NCBI GenBank assembly: GCA_020137815.1
Contig: CM035356.1
Coordinates: 2,728,001 to 2,792,000, forward strand
Direction: 5' to 3'
Length of the DNA stretch: 64,000 bases
Source: Hormiphora californensis
Lineage: Eukaryota; Animalia; Ctenophora
The notes beneath the pieces were generated by a model. That model was not told the origin of the DNA. It searched no databases and saw nothing but the letters and a program-made list of their open reading frames with translations. A program made the position numbers and the translations under genes. Below, in pieces: positions 37,213 to 50,473 of the stretch (position 1 is the stretch's first letter; each line of letters starts with the position of its first letter).

Positions 37213-40181
37213 TCAATCATCCTCAGAGCTTTCCTCATCCGCCTCCTCTAACCACGTAACAAACCTCTCTATCCTCTCCTTGATATCCTCCTCACACCCC
37301 CTAGACCAGGCCAGGATACTCCCCTCATCCAACACATCCAGATCGTATAAAGAGTGAAGAATACTCTGCACATCATCCACCCTCTCCATCTCTACCGCCC
37401 AGGTAGCTACCTCCTCCAGTATCACTGTCTCTGTCTGCCTGTCCCCCGCTAACTTGATGAAGAGCGGTGCAAAGTACTCCGCGTGGGATCTGAACTGTGC
37501 AACTGAGCCACTCATCTCGAGTAGAGCCCGGGTAACATGTATCAGCTGATCCCACACACTGACATTATACGCGTGTTTACTAGCGTTAACTTCTATCAGA
37601 ACTCCGTCCACATCCTTCCTTATCAAATACCCCGCTTTAAAGCTAGTCCAGCACCTCCCCATAAAACCCTACTTCTTGATCCGGTTCCGAGGGTACGGGT
37701 GTGCTATCACTACTATCGCTTAGCAACACATCCCCTCTATCTCCCAACACTCTCCTTATCCCGCAGCAATACCCAACCCTATCCTCCCCATCACTCTCGT
37801 ACACCTGACCCCAATGGTCCACACCCAGGACTTCATGGGTGGATGGTGGGGAGTTACCGTCCTCGCTACACCTCGTCTCCTCGCTATCATTACTACACTC
37901 ACTTTCCGTTCTGTGGGGCGATCTAACAGGGGCAGTGACACGAGTACCCCTCTTCAGAGTGATATTAGGGACCCACTGTGGTGTCATAGGATAGGATACA
38001 ATCAGGGGTGATAACAGTCCCCTCTTTTACTGTTACACCACTACACAACACCTGCTCCGTCGATGGTACAGTTTCGTTCTATTGTCACTTCGTCCCAAAT
38101 GTGAGAGTTCCTGATCACGCACCCTGATTTTATCTCACATTTTGTGCCAATGACACTGTCACTAACGGTACTCTCTCTTCCTAGGGTGCTCTCAGGGCCG
38201 ACAATGACGTTCTTCTCTATCTGTGCTTTGTAGTTCTTGGCCGAGTGAGAGAGGTAGACCCCGTCACCACGGTATATGTATTGGTCCTGTGGAGGGGGGA
38301 GAGGTATTAGTGTTACTGATCACGAAATAAAAACCAGAAAATCTGAACAGACAACAAAAAAGATTCTTTTAAAATCCACTAATCACTATACTACTGACCC
38401 ATTAAAACCCACTATCCCCTAACACAACTCCCTAGTCCCTACCTGTGATGGTCTGTCAGGCACGACTGGGTAGACCCACCGGCCCATGATATCATGTGCT
38501 ACACTGTGGTACGTCCACAGATTACACACTCTAGCAGCGTAGCTGTGTCCCAGTGTGTGCATATAGATCGTCTCTGTACACAACTCCTCGTCACCTGGGG
38601 AGAGGGGAGAGTGCTGTCACCTGGGCGAGATGGAGAGAGGATTATAGAGTCTTGTCACCTGTTATAGGGGGGAGAGGGAGGTAGAGAGATGATAGGGTCC
38701 TGGGGGGGGGGGGGGAGAGAGAGGATAGAGCTGCCTTAATGAATAGGAAAGTGGGGGAGACACGGGTTGGGAGAAAGAGAGAAGTTTTCAATTAATACAA
38801 CAATCACACACACACACTTCATAATTCTCCATCGCTGAGTACTACAACAATCACACATACCTCCTCCTACTGTACTACCACAGTACCTGTTATTCCCTTA
38901 ATAAAAGACTCCATATCCTGGATATCAAAGTGATCACCAAACCGGGTGGGAACATGTGCCTCGCAGATAATCACATACGTGTTCATCAGGTCATACCTGA
39001 CATAGGGTTAGAAGGGGGAGTTAGAAGGGCGGATTATAAGGGGTTATGGGGAGGATTATAATAGGTGTTGGGACACCTAAAATTGGGTCTAATCTACTTG
39101 CTTGCCTCACCTAAAATCCACACAATCGTGCAAATTGAAGAGTTCCAACTCGTATTCGAATCGTTTACTGTTAGCGTTCTGGTATCTGAGTAGCTGATTG
39201 GTTTCAGGGTCCACACACACAACAAGGTCATCCTCCTGGCCTCGGGTAGGGTGACCTGGCATTACCTGGTGGGGGGGGGGGGGGCTGGTGTTACCTAGAT
39301 AGTGGAGGGAGCTAGTGAGTGGCATTACCTGTGAAGATGGGGGAGCAATATTGTATTATTTAGGGAAGGGGTGGAGCTGGCATTACCTGTGGATGGGAGC
39401 AGGTAATACCTAGCAAGTAGCAAGATAGCTGGCATTACAAGGTGGGGGGGTTAGCCTTGGTATTAGTATTATTATAATATATGGCAAACCAGAGTGCAAT
39501 AGCTTGGTGTTTAGATTCTCACCTTCTTCAGTATAACGGTCATAATGGCATCCTTATCTCGAGCCCTGTTACTCTGGTGAGCCTCCATTGCTGACCTTAT
39601 ATCCATATTAGATACCAAGTCACCTGATGATAGTAGCGGGGTATTAGGTATTTAGTGGTGGGGTATTAGTTAATCAGGGGCGGGGGTATACTAAACAACA
39701 GTGGGGTATTAGTAAACCATTGTGGAGACGGCCTCAAAGAAGAAGAAGAAACCCTATGGCAAGTATAACACTAAAAAACGTTATAAAACCATCCTGAGCT
39801 GATCCAGTTGAGGTATTTACCTGTTACTAGAACGAAAGGACCTCTAATAACTCCATCCACACTCAGCTCCCTCATTGCATCTCCCAAACTCTCACAATTC
39901 TCACTATTCAGGGCCATATTCCTGATAGTCAGCCTCCTATCTCCCCCATAAGTCTCCTTGATATGCTCATCGATCTGGTCAGCATGGGAACAACTCAGGA
40001 GAATGAGGTCCCAGAACCCGTTGTCCACCAGGTGGGAGATGGTGTAGTCTAGCAGTGGTTTATTGGCCAAGGGTAGGAGACACCGGGGCTTATCGAGGGT
40101 GATGGGTTTGAAGCGAGAGTTGAAGGAATCCGCTACTATAACGGCTTGTCGTGGTATCTCCTCTTGAGTTGGCATTCTCAT
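37213..40181 (-). CDS. EIF2B5: Translation initiation factor eIF2B epsilon subunit (three probable +1 consensus errors in the last exon)
   Basis: QAVIVADSFNSRFKPITLDKPRCLLPLANKPLLDY (NTP-transferase-like), hexapeptide beta-helix region, EVNASKHAYNVS, and W2 domain ending FVTWLEEADEESSEDD*. Confidence 0.95.
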
Positions 40182-40575
40182 TGCTATAACAGGGTGATAG
40201 AGAGGTCAGAGGAACATGAAGAGAGAGGGGAGGGAGGGGAACATGAGGTTTAGGGAGAGGAGTAAATTGGAGCTGGAGAAACATGAAGAGAGGTCCATGG
40301 AGAGGGGAAGAAGGGGAAGCAGGGGTTTGAGCAGAAGAGAATGGAGGTCCAGGCCGGGGAGGGAGAGGGGAGTAACCGCCTACAATGTGGACTGTGGTCC
40401 AGGGAAGGGGAGTGTATTATAGGTGGGGAGAATGTGGTCCAGAACACAGAAAATAAAACTCGGTTATTTTCAGCTGAATCCAAATGAAATAAAACTGTAA
40501 ATCTGTCAAACTTACACGCAAGATTACATACCATGATATGATAATTATTATTACACGCCCAATAAATTAAAATGT

Positions 40576-41515
40576 TTAGTAAGTATAAGATGAGGGAAGA
40601 ACTTGGGAGATATGTTTTGATCCCCTGATGTTTGGCAGAAGTCCAGCATTAGGTACTACATTCCAGTGTAGAGATAACTTGATATCCCGTCCCCTCAGGT
40701 GGGATCCTGTAAATTGTATTTGGTAATTAAAGAATGATTTAGTAATACTAAAACTCAATTAACATATTGTAACATCTTTTTGAGCACGCCAAGTGGTCCG
40801 GCAAGTGAAAACACATGGAAGAGTTGAATTAGAATCGGTTATCGAAGACAAAACACATACCGTCATCAAAGAAGCTGTATTTAGTTCGTAGGTTCTTAAC
40901 ATCCACAAGAGGGTTGTCTCCCCTCATTACAATCTTATCCCACAACACTACCTGGAACATAATATATTGTTATTGGGGTTTCATTTCAACTGTACATTCT
41001 AAATGTACTCATCATATTGTGTGATATTCATGACATATAATTGGTCAGACAAAAGATCTCTACAGAACACATCTCTCTCGTCTCCCTCTCTATCTATCTA
41101 TCTCTCCAAAACATTTCTCTCTCTCCCCACCTGGTTGACAGAGTTGTCCTCGTTTGTATACTCAGCCACCATGTACAGGAAGATCATCTTCACATTCCAG
41201 TGGAAGGAATCAGTCATATCAACAGCTAAATTGTAGTTAATTAGAGCTAGGTCCAGGTAGTCCCGTCTACCTGTCATGTGATCGGGCTGGTGGCGGACAT
41301 CAACCTTGTTTACCTGGGGAGGGATTGTTACCTTCCTGCTCCTTCATAAAACTTGCCATTGAGTGTTTGTGTTTATGAAGGAGTAATACCTTGATTTCAA
41401 ATTCCGGTTCTACTTTGATGTGTAGAGTAGTGATAAAGAGAAGTCCTGCACAGATAGCCAAAACAGATAGGGAGTTGGCGAGGATCACATTGGCTCGAGA
41501 TGTTAGATTGTTCAT
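40576..41515 (-). CDS. SPCS3: Signal peptidase complex subunit 3 (SPC22/23), 4 exons
   Basis: MNNLTSRAN + TM; [16 protein letters not shown]...VNQ|VVLWDKIV; TKYSFFDDG; [14 protein letters not shown]. Confidence 0.95.
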
Positions 41516-41770
41516 TGTCTCTACAAATAGACAGATAGAGAGATTACTGAAACAAAGATCACAACTTTTAGAGTGCAGAAAACCAAAAGACGTAAAAATT
41601 GAAATCCAAATTTAACACACTGTAACTTGATACACATGAAACACAAACGTTAATTAATACCGGTACGACATGCAAGAAATTGTCGCCACCCTCTCTCTCT
41701 ATTTGTCTTGCTCGATCCTGTCTCATCACCCAGTTCGAACAACACACCACGGAACAACAACATCAAGAGA

Positions 41771-44700
41771 TTAAAGAAATGTTTTATCAGTAGTAGATGC
41801 GAAGGCCATCCGAAACTCACTCCCTGACACAGTAATAAACATCCTCTGGGGGCAATCAGACGAACTACCACTAGGATGTCGCGTTGCAGTTTGTAGGATG
41901 TACTCCCTGCCGAGGGGCTCCGGGAAAATCCTGTTGGACTCCATTTTACCGCTACTAATTTGTTGAGAGTGGAAGAGGCGTTGGAGGGTAGCAGCCCACA
42001 GACCCTTAACATTAATATCAACCTCTAACGAAAGAAGATCCACTAGCTTTCTGATCCAGATCCTCTTTTACAGTATCATCAGTAGTATCCTCGGCTACAG
42101 TTAGCCTGTTACCCCGGATCCTTCTTTTAGCTCTCCTCTCCAACTCGCTCATCCCACCCCGGCCACTCCGTGATTCAGTGGATTGTTGTTGACCCCCAAC
42201 ACTACTCATTTTGTGACGTAGGGAGTTATAGGTGGATAATCTCAACTCACAACCATATATCCCCTCGATTATCTCCATAAAAGGTTTCATACAACTCACA
42301 CCGGTCAGTGTCGAGGGATTCCAAACTCCTCCGCACACAATCCACCTGCTCCTTCATAAAACTAGTTATACTGTCAGGACATGTGATAACCCTATCAAAA
42401 GCGGCGTGGACAAGGACCGGTGAGATCATCTTTACAACCTGACCAACGGTTAATTTCCCAAAACTTTGGAGGATCTTTTCCAGCTCTTGGGTGTCATTAA
42501 ACAGCCTGTTCTGCTGCCAGATTGGTACTGGTTTGGCATCGTGCCAGAGCTCCTTCCACAGACTCTCCTTCTCCATCCGAACACTAAGATGTCCTCCGTA
42601 CACCTCTCTATCAAGTGGTTCCCACAATATGGGTTGGGGAGAGGGAGGGGGTAAGGGAGACACTGGGACCGGTGGGGACTGGGTCTCTGAGGAGATGGTA
42701 GATTTAAAGGTTGAGAACTCCATCGAGGACATGAAACTCTCCTCCGCATCCATGAACTCGTCCTCAGAGTCACCACCAGGAGGGGGATATGAAGGAGCAG
42801 GTGAAACTGCAGGGGGAGGTGTGGAAGCGGTATCAGTAGCAGGAGGAGGAGAGATATCATCAGGTGAGGTGGGCTGTGTACCCTCCTCATGTATCTCCTC
42901 TACCTCCTCTAGTATGACGTCATCCAACTCCAGCGCAGTATCATCCTCCCAACCTTGGTTTTCAGGAGAACTGCTTCCTTGGTTTTCAGGAGAACTGCCT
43001 CCTGATCCATCTTGTTCTTCACTTGTAATATCAGCTGGACTGCCCTCTGGTTCCGCTTCCCTTGGTTCCTCAACATGCATTGCGGTGTTTCGATCTTGTA
43101 CCGGACTGTCTCGATCTTGTTCCGTGCTGTTTTGATCTTGTTCTGTGCTGTCTTGTTCTATAGGGTCTAGGTTTTGCTCTGATTCGGCAACCTCAGGTTC
43201 TTTTACAGGCAGGTTCTCTGTAGCTTCAATAACTTTCTCTTCGTCTACTATGCCCTCTTCAACAAGTCCTTCATCAACCATTGCCTCATCTTCATCTTTT
43301 ACTTCACCCGTCTCCTGCTCCTCATCACCCATCTCTTCCTCCTGATCTCTCGTCTCCTCTACCTGATTTCTATCCTGCTCTTCTGTACTCTCTGCATCAC
43401 CTGCAGCATCCTGACCTTTATCCTCCTCATCCTCCTCTTCACTTTTCTCTGCACCCTCCTCACTCTCCTCACTACTACCCTCATCCCCCTCAGTGGGCCG
43501 AGGCTTGGTGACTGGTACAGTAATCCAGTCTCTTGGAGAGTACCACCTGATAAAGTCTTCCAACCTACACCCGGGGTTTGCAGCCTTGAATGCCTGAAAC
43601 ACGTTGTGAGTTGGTGATACGTCATTATATGTACTTGGGATGTACTCACAATCGAGACAGCTGCTATGGCTTGAAAAGCAATTACTAGTAACTTATATAT
43701 GTATCCGACAGCATATAACGAATAAGAATAGAGAAACATGGAGAAAGAGGGAGAAAGAAGAGATAAAAGTGGGTTATCTCTCTCCCTCTCTCTCTCTGTA
43801 GATGATAATACCTCCATGTCAGAAGATAGAGATCTAGAATGATACTGAGCTCTCCTCTTACTTCCCTCCGCATCCGTTCCCAAGCGAGCCAACTCCTCTA
43901 ACTGTTTCTCCTAGTAAAACATTAATGAATTAGAGAGACATCATCAGAAAATACGGGATAGGACATTATCTAGGATTAGGATAGGACATTATTTTAAAGG
44001 ATTAGGATAGGACATTATCTAGGATTTCACTACACACTAAGAATGTAGAAACTACACATGTGTTTACTGCGTGTAATATGTGTATGCGGCTTCCGTCCTA
44101 CCCAGCTGGCAATTCGGTAGAAAATTACTCCCAGTATGTACTGTGTAATGTGTAATGTGTAATATGGTAATATCTACACAAAACAGGTGATATATATCTA
44201 CCTGCATGTCCTCAGTTAGGGGGAGGTGTTGCTGTGTCTGAGGAATCTTAACCGGCTCGTTGCTAAGCAACAACTTCAACTCAGGATGGGTCTCCTCAAT
44301 CCGCACACTGCCCTTCACTGACTCTGGAAAAATACATCGTGAGCATGTATATTGTGAGAGAAAGGTAGTGATGTATATTGCGGGAAGGGGGCATTTGTAA
44401 TGACAAATTGGACTTTGAGAACAGTTTAATAAATGAAAGGGAGAGAATAGCTAAAAAACAGGATAAAAAGAAGGAATATTGCATACCTCGGTTGGTTTTG
44501 TGTAGGGTACAAGCATTAATCATTTCCAGCTTCTGGTGAAAGAGGGAGTACCCGTGGTTTGGCTCCACCCCGACCCCATCCAGGAGATGTCCAGTAACAT
44601 AGCAACTGTGAAGCCGCTCTAGTACACACCTATACAATGATAGAGGTTTAAAGTACACACACCTACAATACACACAAACCTACAATACACACATAATACT

Positions 44701-45950
44701 CGTTTAAAATACAACAAAACAGAAGCAAATTAATTGTATTTTGATGACACGCTGTGCCACACACTAACCTCCATAGTTCGTAGAAAGCGATAGGGCTCCG
44801 TGTTTTGTTGAGGATGAGACACAACGCCACAGCGATTCTCTCAGTCACACAGCCGCCCCGGGGACAGCTCTTAATCTTAGTCTCCCGGCACATCCCCTCT
44901 GTTGCACCAAATATAAAATGCAGATAGGGCTCAACCTGTGCCTCCTCTCTCACCATCTCACTGCTGGCTGGTTTAGTTCCGTTGCCCCACTGTGCCAGAA
45001 CCTGCTCTACAATACCGTGCAGGGAGCAGTAGGCACCTGCCAGCGCTGTATACCGCAGGGACTGGTGGGGAGCTTTCACAGGATCTAGATCCTCTAAGAC
45101 AAAATGCTCGGAGACACTGACCCAGGTGGTGGCTAGCAGCAGATCCTGGACTGGATCGTTTAGGGTGCCAAAGGGAAGGGCCCATGGGTCGTCCAGCTGG
45201 GGATAAAGATGGGAGTCCAGGGAGGCACAACCAACAAAGTTTTGTAGGCAGAACGTGTACCGCACGGAGACAAATGTCTGTGGGAATGGCGACACTGCAC
45301 ACGGGATACTACGCTTGTAAAAGCAGATGATTTCTTTGAGTGTTGAGCACTGTGGTGGAACTGTTTTCAGAAGGATCATATCCAGGGTTGTTTGTGTGCT
45401 CGAGTTGAGCCACACTCCGCAGTAGAACCTCTTAGATGGAGACCCAAGTTGGATGAATATGGGTAAGGCACATTGTGTTCGTGTTAGGGCAGTGGCGAGG
45501 GAGCTCATCAACAATTTGGAAGAGTCAAGAAAGTAAATTGCGTCGTCGGTAGATTCTGGAGATAAAATTAGGAACTCTGAAAATCCATACCACCGGTTGA
45601 GACAGTGAGTTTTGGAGGGAAAGTGTGCCTGAAAGGAGGAGAGTTAGCTTTTCAGTTCACCTCAACCTTTTTTGAAAAACCTCAACTTAACCTCTAAAAC
45701 TTACTTGTTCCAATGGTTTTACACCTTTCTCCGACTTGGAGCAGTAATGCGTGAACTTAAAAGACTGTGTTTTGTACAAAACATGGTGAACTCGGGTAAA
45801 TTCCTCTGGCAGATCACTATTTCTCCTTCCCCTTGTCAGGCCCCAGCCATCTATAACTTGCTCAATCGAGTAAATGAGCTCTTCATATGGTGTTGAGTTG
45901 GTGTGATCTGTAATTTCAAAGATGGTATTCTTACTAGCAGCCTTTCTCAT
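41771..45950 (-). CDS. RAB3GAP1: Rab3 GTPase-activating protein catalytic subunit (two probable +1 errors at ~42280 and ~42049)
   Basis: FEITDHTNSTPYEELI; RWYGFSEF; LFHQKLEMINAC; LSSDME|AFKAANPGCRLEDFIRWYSPRDW. The family C-terminus FPEPLGREYILQT...PQRMF...FRMAFASTTDKTFL* lies in a shifted frame. Confidence 0.93.
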
Positions 45951-46814
45951 CCTTCCAACACGCCAACATATCTCAGAAAGGGTGTTTTAAGCGAACTGCG
46001 AACGAACAAAACTTGTCACAACTTGTGAAAACTTAAAATTTCTTTTTATTTGACGCGACGCAAACGAATAAAAAGACGCGCAGCAGCGAAGTTATTAAAA
46101 TTTAAAAGCCGCGCGACGTAAGATTTCAAAACTTCATAAATTTTTAAACACCAAAAAACGTTTTTTCCTTCTGTTTAAATCCCCTTTTTGGTCGAATCAG
46201 TGAGCTTTTGAGGCATTTCTGCCTTCTGGAATCTGTGACCCGAATAATACAATGTATAAATGTTGGCGAATCATCTACTATCATTCAATATGTTGGGAAC
46301 TTCCCCAGGGGGCAGGGGAAGTCCTTTGATCGCCCCGGTACGCTGAAATACACTATTCATTCTTGTGCAAAGCATTCCAACTCCTTGGTAAGGGGTAAAC
46401 ACCTTCAGTTTACCCGATGTTTTAATTAAAGATCAGCAAGTTCAGTTTAAAGTAATTAAATTTGTCTCTGAAAATTGAAATGAGGATGCATCCACATTTT
46501 TTAGCCCAGAAAACTGAAAAGAGAATAGAGATATTATACTAGATAATAGATAAATTTCATAGAACAACTACAGCTGAACTGTATGAAGTACATAGGATGG
46601 GTAATTAAGCGAATAAGATGTTGTAGGCAGTGGGGCGGGAAAATTTGTGTAATACACAATGTTTAATATGTATGGAGTAGCTTTTTAACTTCATAAGTTT
46701 ATGGGGCCCCACTATGGGAAGCCCTTTTTATTATCCATTTGTATAACACCTTGATAAACTAGTATCATTTGATTGAATCATGAATATACACTAAACAAAC
46801 TATTCCCCTTTTCT

Positions 46815-46985
46815 TGACATTTCTGATTGTCTTATGTGTAAATTCAGATTCAATAATAATAATAATGACATTTCTGATTGTCTTATGTGTAAATTCAGAT
46901 TCAATAATAATAATAATGACATTTCTGATTGTCTTATGTGTAAATTCAGATTCAATAATAATAATAATGACATTTCTGATTGCCT
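46815..46985. repeat. 51-bp tandem repeat x3.3
   Basis: Unit TGACATTTCTGATTGTCTTATGTGTAAATTCAGATTCAATAATAATAATAA. Confidence 0.95.
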
Positions 46986-47168
46986 TTGCCATAATGCCAT
47001 TGATTCGATCCAGGTAGACATGTGTGTTCATATTGCATATTGCAAAACATGTCTATTATATTACCAGCCTTCCAAATTAATATTGCTTCTTCCTACACAT
47101 CACATTCTAAGTCACTTCCCACTTTTAGCTGATGTCTTCTAGTGAGAGGAAAGTTTTGAAATGATTGA

Positions 47169-48320
47169 ATGGATATTCTCGCCGTGTATGGTAAGTTTGG
47201 GTAGTGGGAACACTGATAAATCACACCAATATCTCCAGTACTTCCTTCCCTCTTTTTATTGTTGACCAGATGATCCAACTAGAAACTGGAGCCTGGTACC
47301 AGTTTTCAGCTCGGAATTTTCGAGCAGAGTGATGACAATTATCAGGTTCTGGAGCGTGACAGATGACCCCCCCCCCCCCCCAGACCTAATCAGAGATATC
47401 AAGGATCCTGAGTTTCCAGAGACTTTACAAGATCTGGGAGTGGTGTCTGAGGACCTGATCAGTGTGCTGGGAAATGTTGTGACAGTCCAGTTTAAACCTA
47501 CCGTCCCACACTGCTCAATGGCCACACTTATAGGTGGGTTATCCCTTCGTTACACTTGTTACAATTTAGTTACTTTTTGGTCAAACTGGTCACACTAACC
47601 AATTTCAATTAGGACATTGTCCGAATTGTGTCAGGATTGACCAGGCTCCAACATAACCCACTTCTATTCTCACTCTCAGCACTAAATTGGTTTTATGTTC
47701 TAACCCTCCTTTACATTTGTGCGGGGCATGGTGAAACAGGGTCTCACTCACAGTACTGAATTGTTGTCATGTTCTAATCCTCCTTTACATTTGTGCGGGG
47801 TACGGTGAAACAGGGTCGAGCAAGGCAACACACAGTTGTCATCTGATCATGTTATGTAGCATGCTGCAGCAATGACCCACCTAGATCTTACATTACTCAA
47901 GATACATATTGTATTTGACACCACAACATTGGAATGTGTGTAACCATGGTAACCAAGCTCTCAATCCCATCTAATGGCTTGATATTGTATCTAGATACTT
48001 CCTAGTTTCTAGTGAAAGAAAATGTATCAATAATACCTCCCACCCCATATATCCAAATTACCCCTCCCCCCAATGTAATACAAAATGTACCATCAACATT
48101 CAACATGTACCTCCCCCTCCCAGGGTTGTGTCTCCAAACTAAGCTGACCCGGGAACTGCCCCTAACTACAAAGGTTGACGTGTACATTGTCCCTGGTTGC
48201 CACGACCAGGAGGAGGCGGTGAACAAACAAGTAAATGATAAGGAGAGGAGAGCTGCTGCACTGGAAGACCCTAATCTACTGGAAATGGTTGAGAGTTGTC
48301 TGGCTGAACCTGAGGATTAG
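47169..48320 (+). CDS. CIAO2A: Cytosolic iron-sulfur assembly component 2 (FAM96/MIP18 family), 3 exons
   Basis: MDILAVY|DLIRDIKDPEFPETL...KPTVPHCSMATLIG|LCL...VNKQVNDKERRAAALEDPNL...EPED*. Assignment to A rather than B is tentative. Confidence 0.85.
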
Positions 48321-50161
48321 CGGTAAACCTTGGTTTCTTCTTCTTTTTCTAGAACAATCCTACCGCAAATTAAGATGGTTTTCGGTAGGATTTCTCAGAA
48401 TTAAGTAGGACACATACACACATTTTGCACACACTTTGTGCCGTGTGGTCATTATTCCTTCTGTATATGTGTTTAGCTGCAGCATAAGAGCATACAGAGA
48501 GAGTATGAGAGGGAAAGAGAGGTAGAACTAGAGAGAGTATGAGAGAGAAAGAGAGTTAGAGAGAGTGTGAGAGGGAAAGATAGATAGCTAGAGAGAGAGA
48601 GAGAGTGTGTGTGAATGCAGCACATTTAATAATATTACTCTGCTCAGTACCATCCTACTGTGTGTTGTTCGGCAGATCTTCCCTTCTCTCCATCATACAC
48701 GTTATGTGCTTGTTCAAGTGTTCTGACGTGTTGCCTGTATAGTGGTATACACTACCATTATACAATACAATACACAGCAATGACGATATTGTGTCCATGT
48801 TAATGTCTCCATCAGGTGTGTGCCGTATTGCTAATTTGATATTAACATGCTGATGTTTTAGGTTTGTTGTGTGTGTGGGACATTATAATGTGTGGGGCTG
48901 TGTTCTAACAGACTGTTTTTATTTTCCCTTTTTATTGCTTTTATTATCAAAGTTTTTATTCAGGTACTTTGTGTATTATTTACCCCAGTTATCCCTGACT
49001 ATACTTCCTTACAACTTCCCTTGGTAACGAAGTTACCCCTCTCTTGCCAGCACGCGACGGAGGGGTTATTTCGTAACCAACAAACTCCCAGTCCCATAGT
49101 GAAGAAAATGAAGGGTAGCGATATATGCATTGCTATGGCCCAGACGAATGCCATGGTCGTCACCGTGTAAACAGTGGTACAGCTCCCTGCTCCTTGTTTT
49201 GTTGTAGCCTCTGTAGTGTATAACAACACACGACTGTCGACTACAATTATGTTTAGGAATGAAGGGGAAATGAAGCTGCTGATAGGCCTGTTGACAGCTG
49301 TCCGCTGTGCAAACACTTCTATTCATTCTGTGTATTATAACACTTCTATCTCTACTTCTGGGATGCTTTTACCCACAGTAATTGCAATTATAATTTCCTT
49401 TTCTTAGAACTTGCTGATACTTAAGATACTTAGTAGTACTTGCCCTCTCTCCCTCCCCTCTCCAATCTCCCTCCACTCTCTGGTTTGCTCTTGGCTCTTG
49501 CACACACATTCTCATGATCTTATGTGTCTCTCTCTCTCTCTCTCTGACTTCTTATCTCTCACAGTGTTTCTAACTGTGTCTACTATTGCAGTTGCCACAA
49601 TGCCTCTGGACAAATAACAAAGACAGCAGCTGTACTATACGGCCAGCTGCAGTGCATGAGCTAAATCTGTCCTCCTCCTGCGACCACCGCCTCCACTGCT
49701 GCATCTCTTTCTCTGAAGATCAGTGATGTTATGTAGCGCGCGTTGTCAGACTTGTTGAGATACTGGCGCGCACAAAGAACACATTGCCCCACAGCTCTCA
49801 GTCCCATGATGATGATATTCAGTTCCCCATGACACCCCTTCAGTTTCCATCACCCACTACCCAGCCTGTTTTATTGAGTGTTTAATGCTAACTGAACCCT
49901 CTTTTAAACTATGTAGCATGGTTACCATAGGAACGAGAGGGAGTTTGAATTCAGACTGATCAAAAGACACCGGGAATATAAATGTGAGTTAACTATGAAC
50001 AATTAGAAGGGAATGTAATTGTGTGATTCTAATAATAGGCAATTTAGTATGTAGTGTATCGATACAACTACATATGTATTTAGGTTTTCACTGTTTACAC
50101 CACCAGAGAAAAGGGGAATTGGGGGTTATCTTCGGACTCTACATTTCTAAGTTTTATAACA

Positions 50162-50473
50162 CTAGCGCACCCATTGGGTGCGCCTCAAATAAGCTTTTTG
50201 GAAACCCACCCGGCTTCGCCGGGTGGTTCTTTTCGCCCCTTTCAACGTCAATAATACGGTTGCCATCGTAACTGAATTGGTAACTATGGGGACTGGCATG
50301 TTAAAAGTCATTCGAAAATATTAACAAACTTCCACTGGAAGTTCCAAAAGTGTGAATGACAGCTTTACAGCTTTGGGCACATAAAGTGTTTTATGAAGGA
50401 GCACTGTCGCTTAGATACCGCCTAACGAACGGCCACCACTTCGACGACGTTCATCTCCAAATTATAATATAGA
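50162..50473 (-). mobile_element. Non-autonomous Helitron, copy A
   Basis: Minus strand starts TCTATATTATAAT, has subterminal hairpins CACCCGGCGAAGCCGGGTG and GCGCACCCAATGGGTGCGC, and ends CTAG followed by T. Confidence 0.8.

Noticed and set aside
37213-40181. EIF2B5 (and RAB3GAP1) as pseudogenes
   Set aside because: Motifs and splice sites are intact and every lesion is a +1 insertion, so sequencing error is more parsimonious.
41650-42338. Separate small genes between RAB3GAP1 and SPCS3
   Set aside because: ORFs 42018..42338 and 41771..42043 are frameshifted pieces of the RAB3GAP1 C-terminus, and 41650..42021 is a shadow frame.
48999-49200. Possible last exon of a membrane protein (minus strand, MAFVWAIAMHISLPFIFFTMGLGVCW)
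   Set aside because: A single hydrophobic segment with no identifiable upstream exons.
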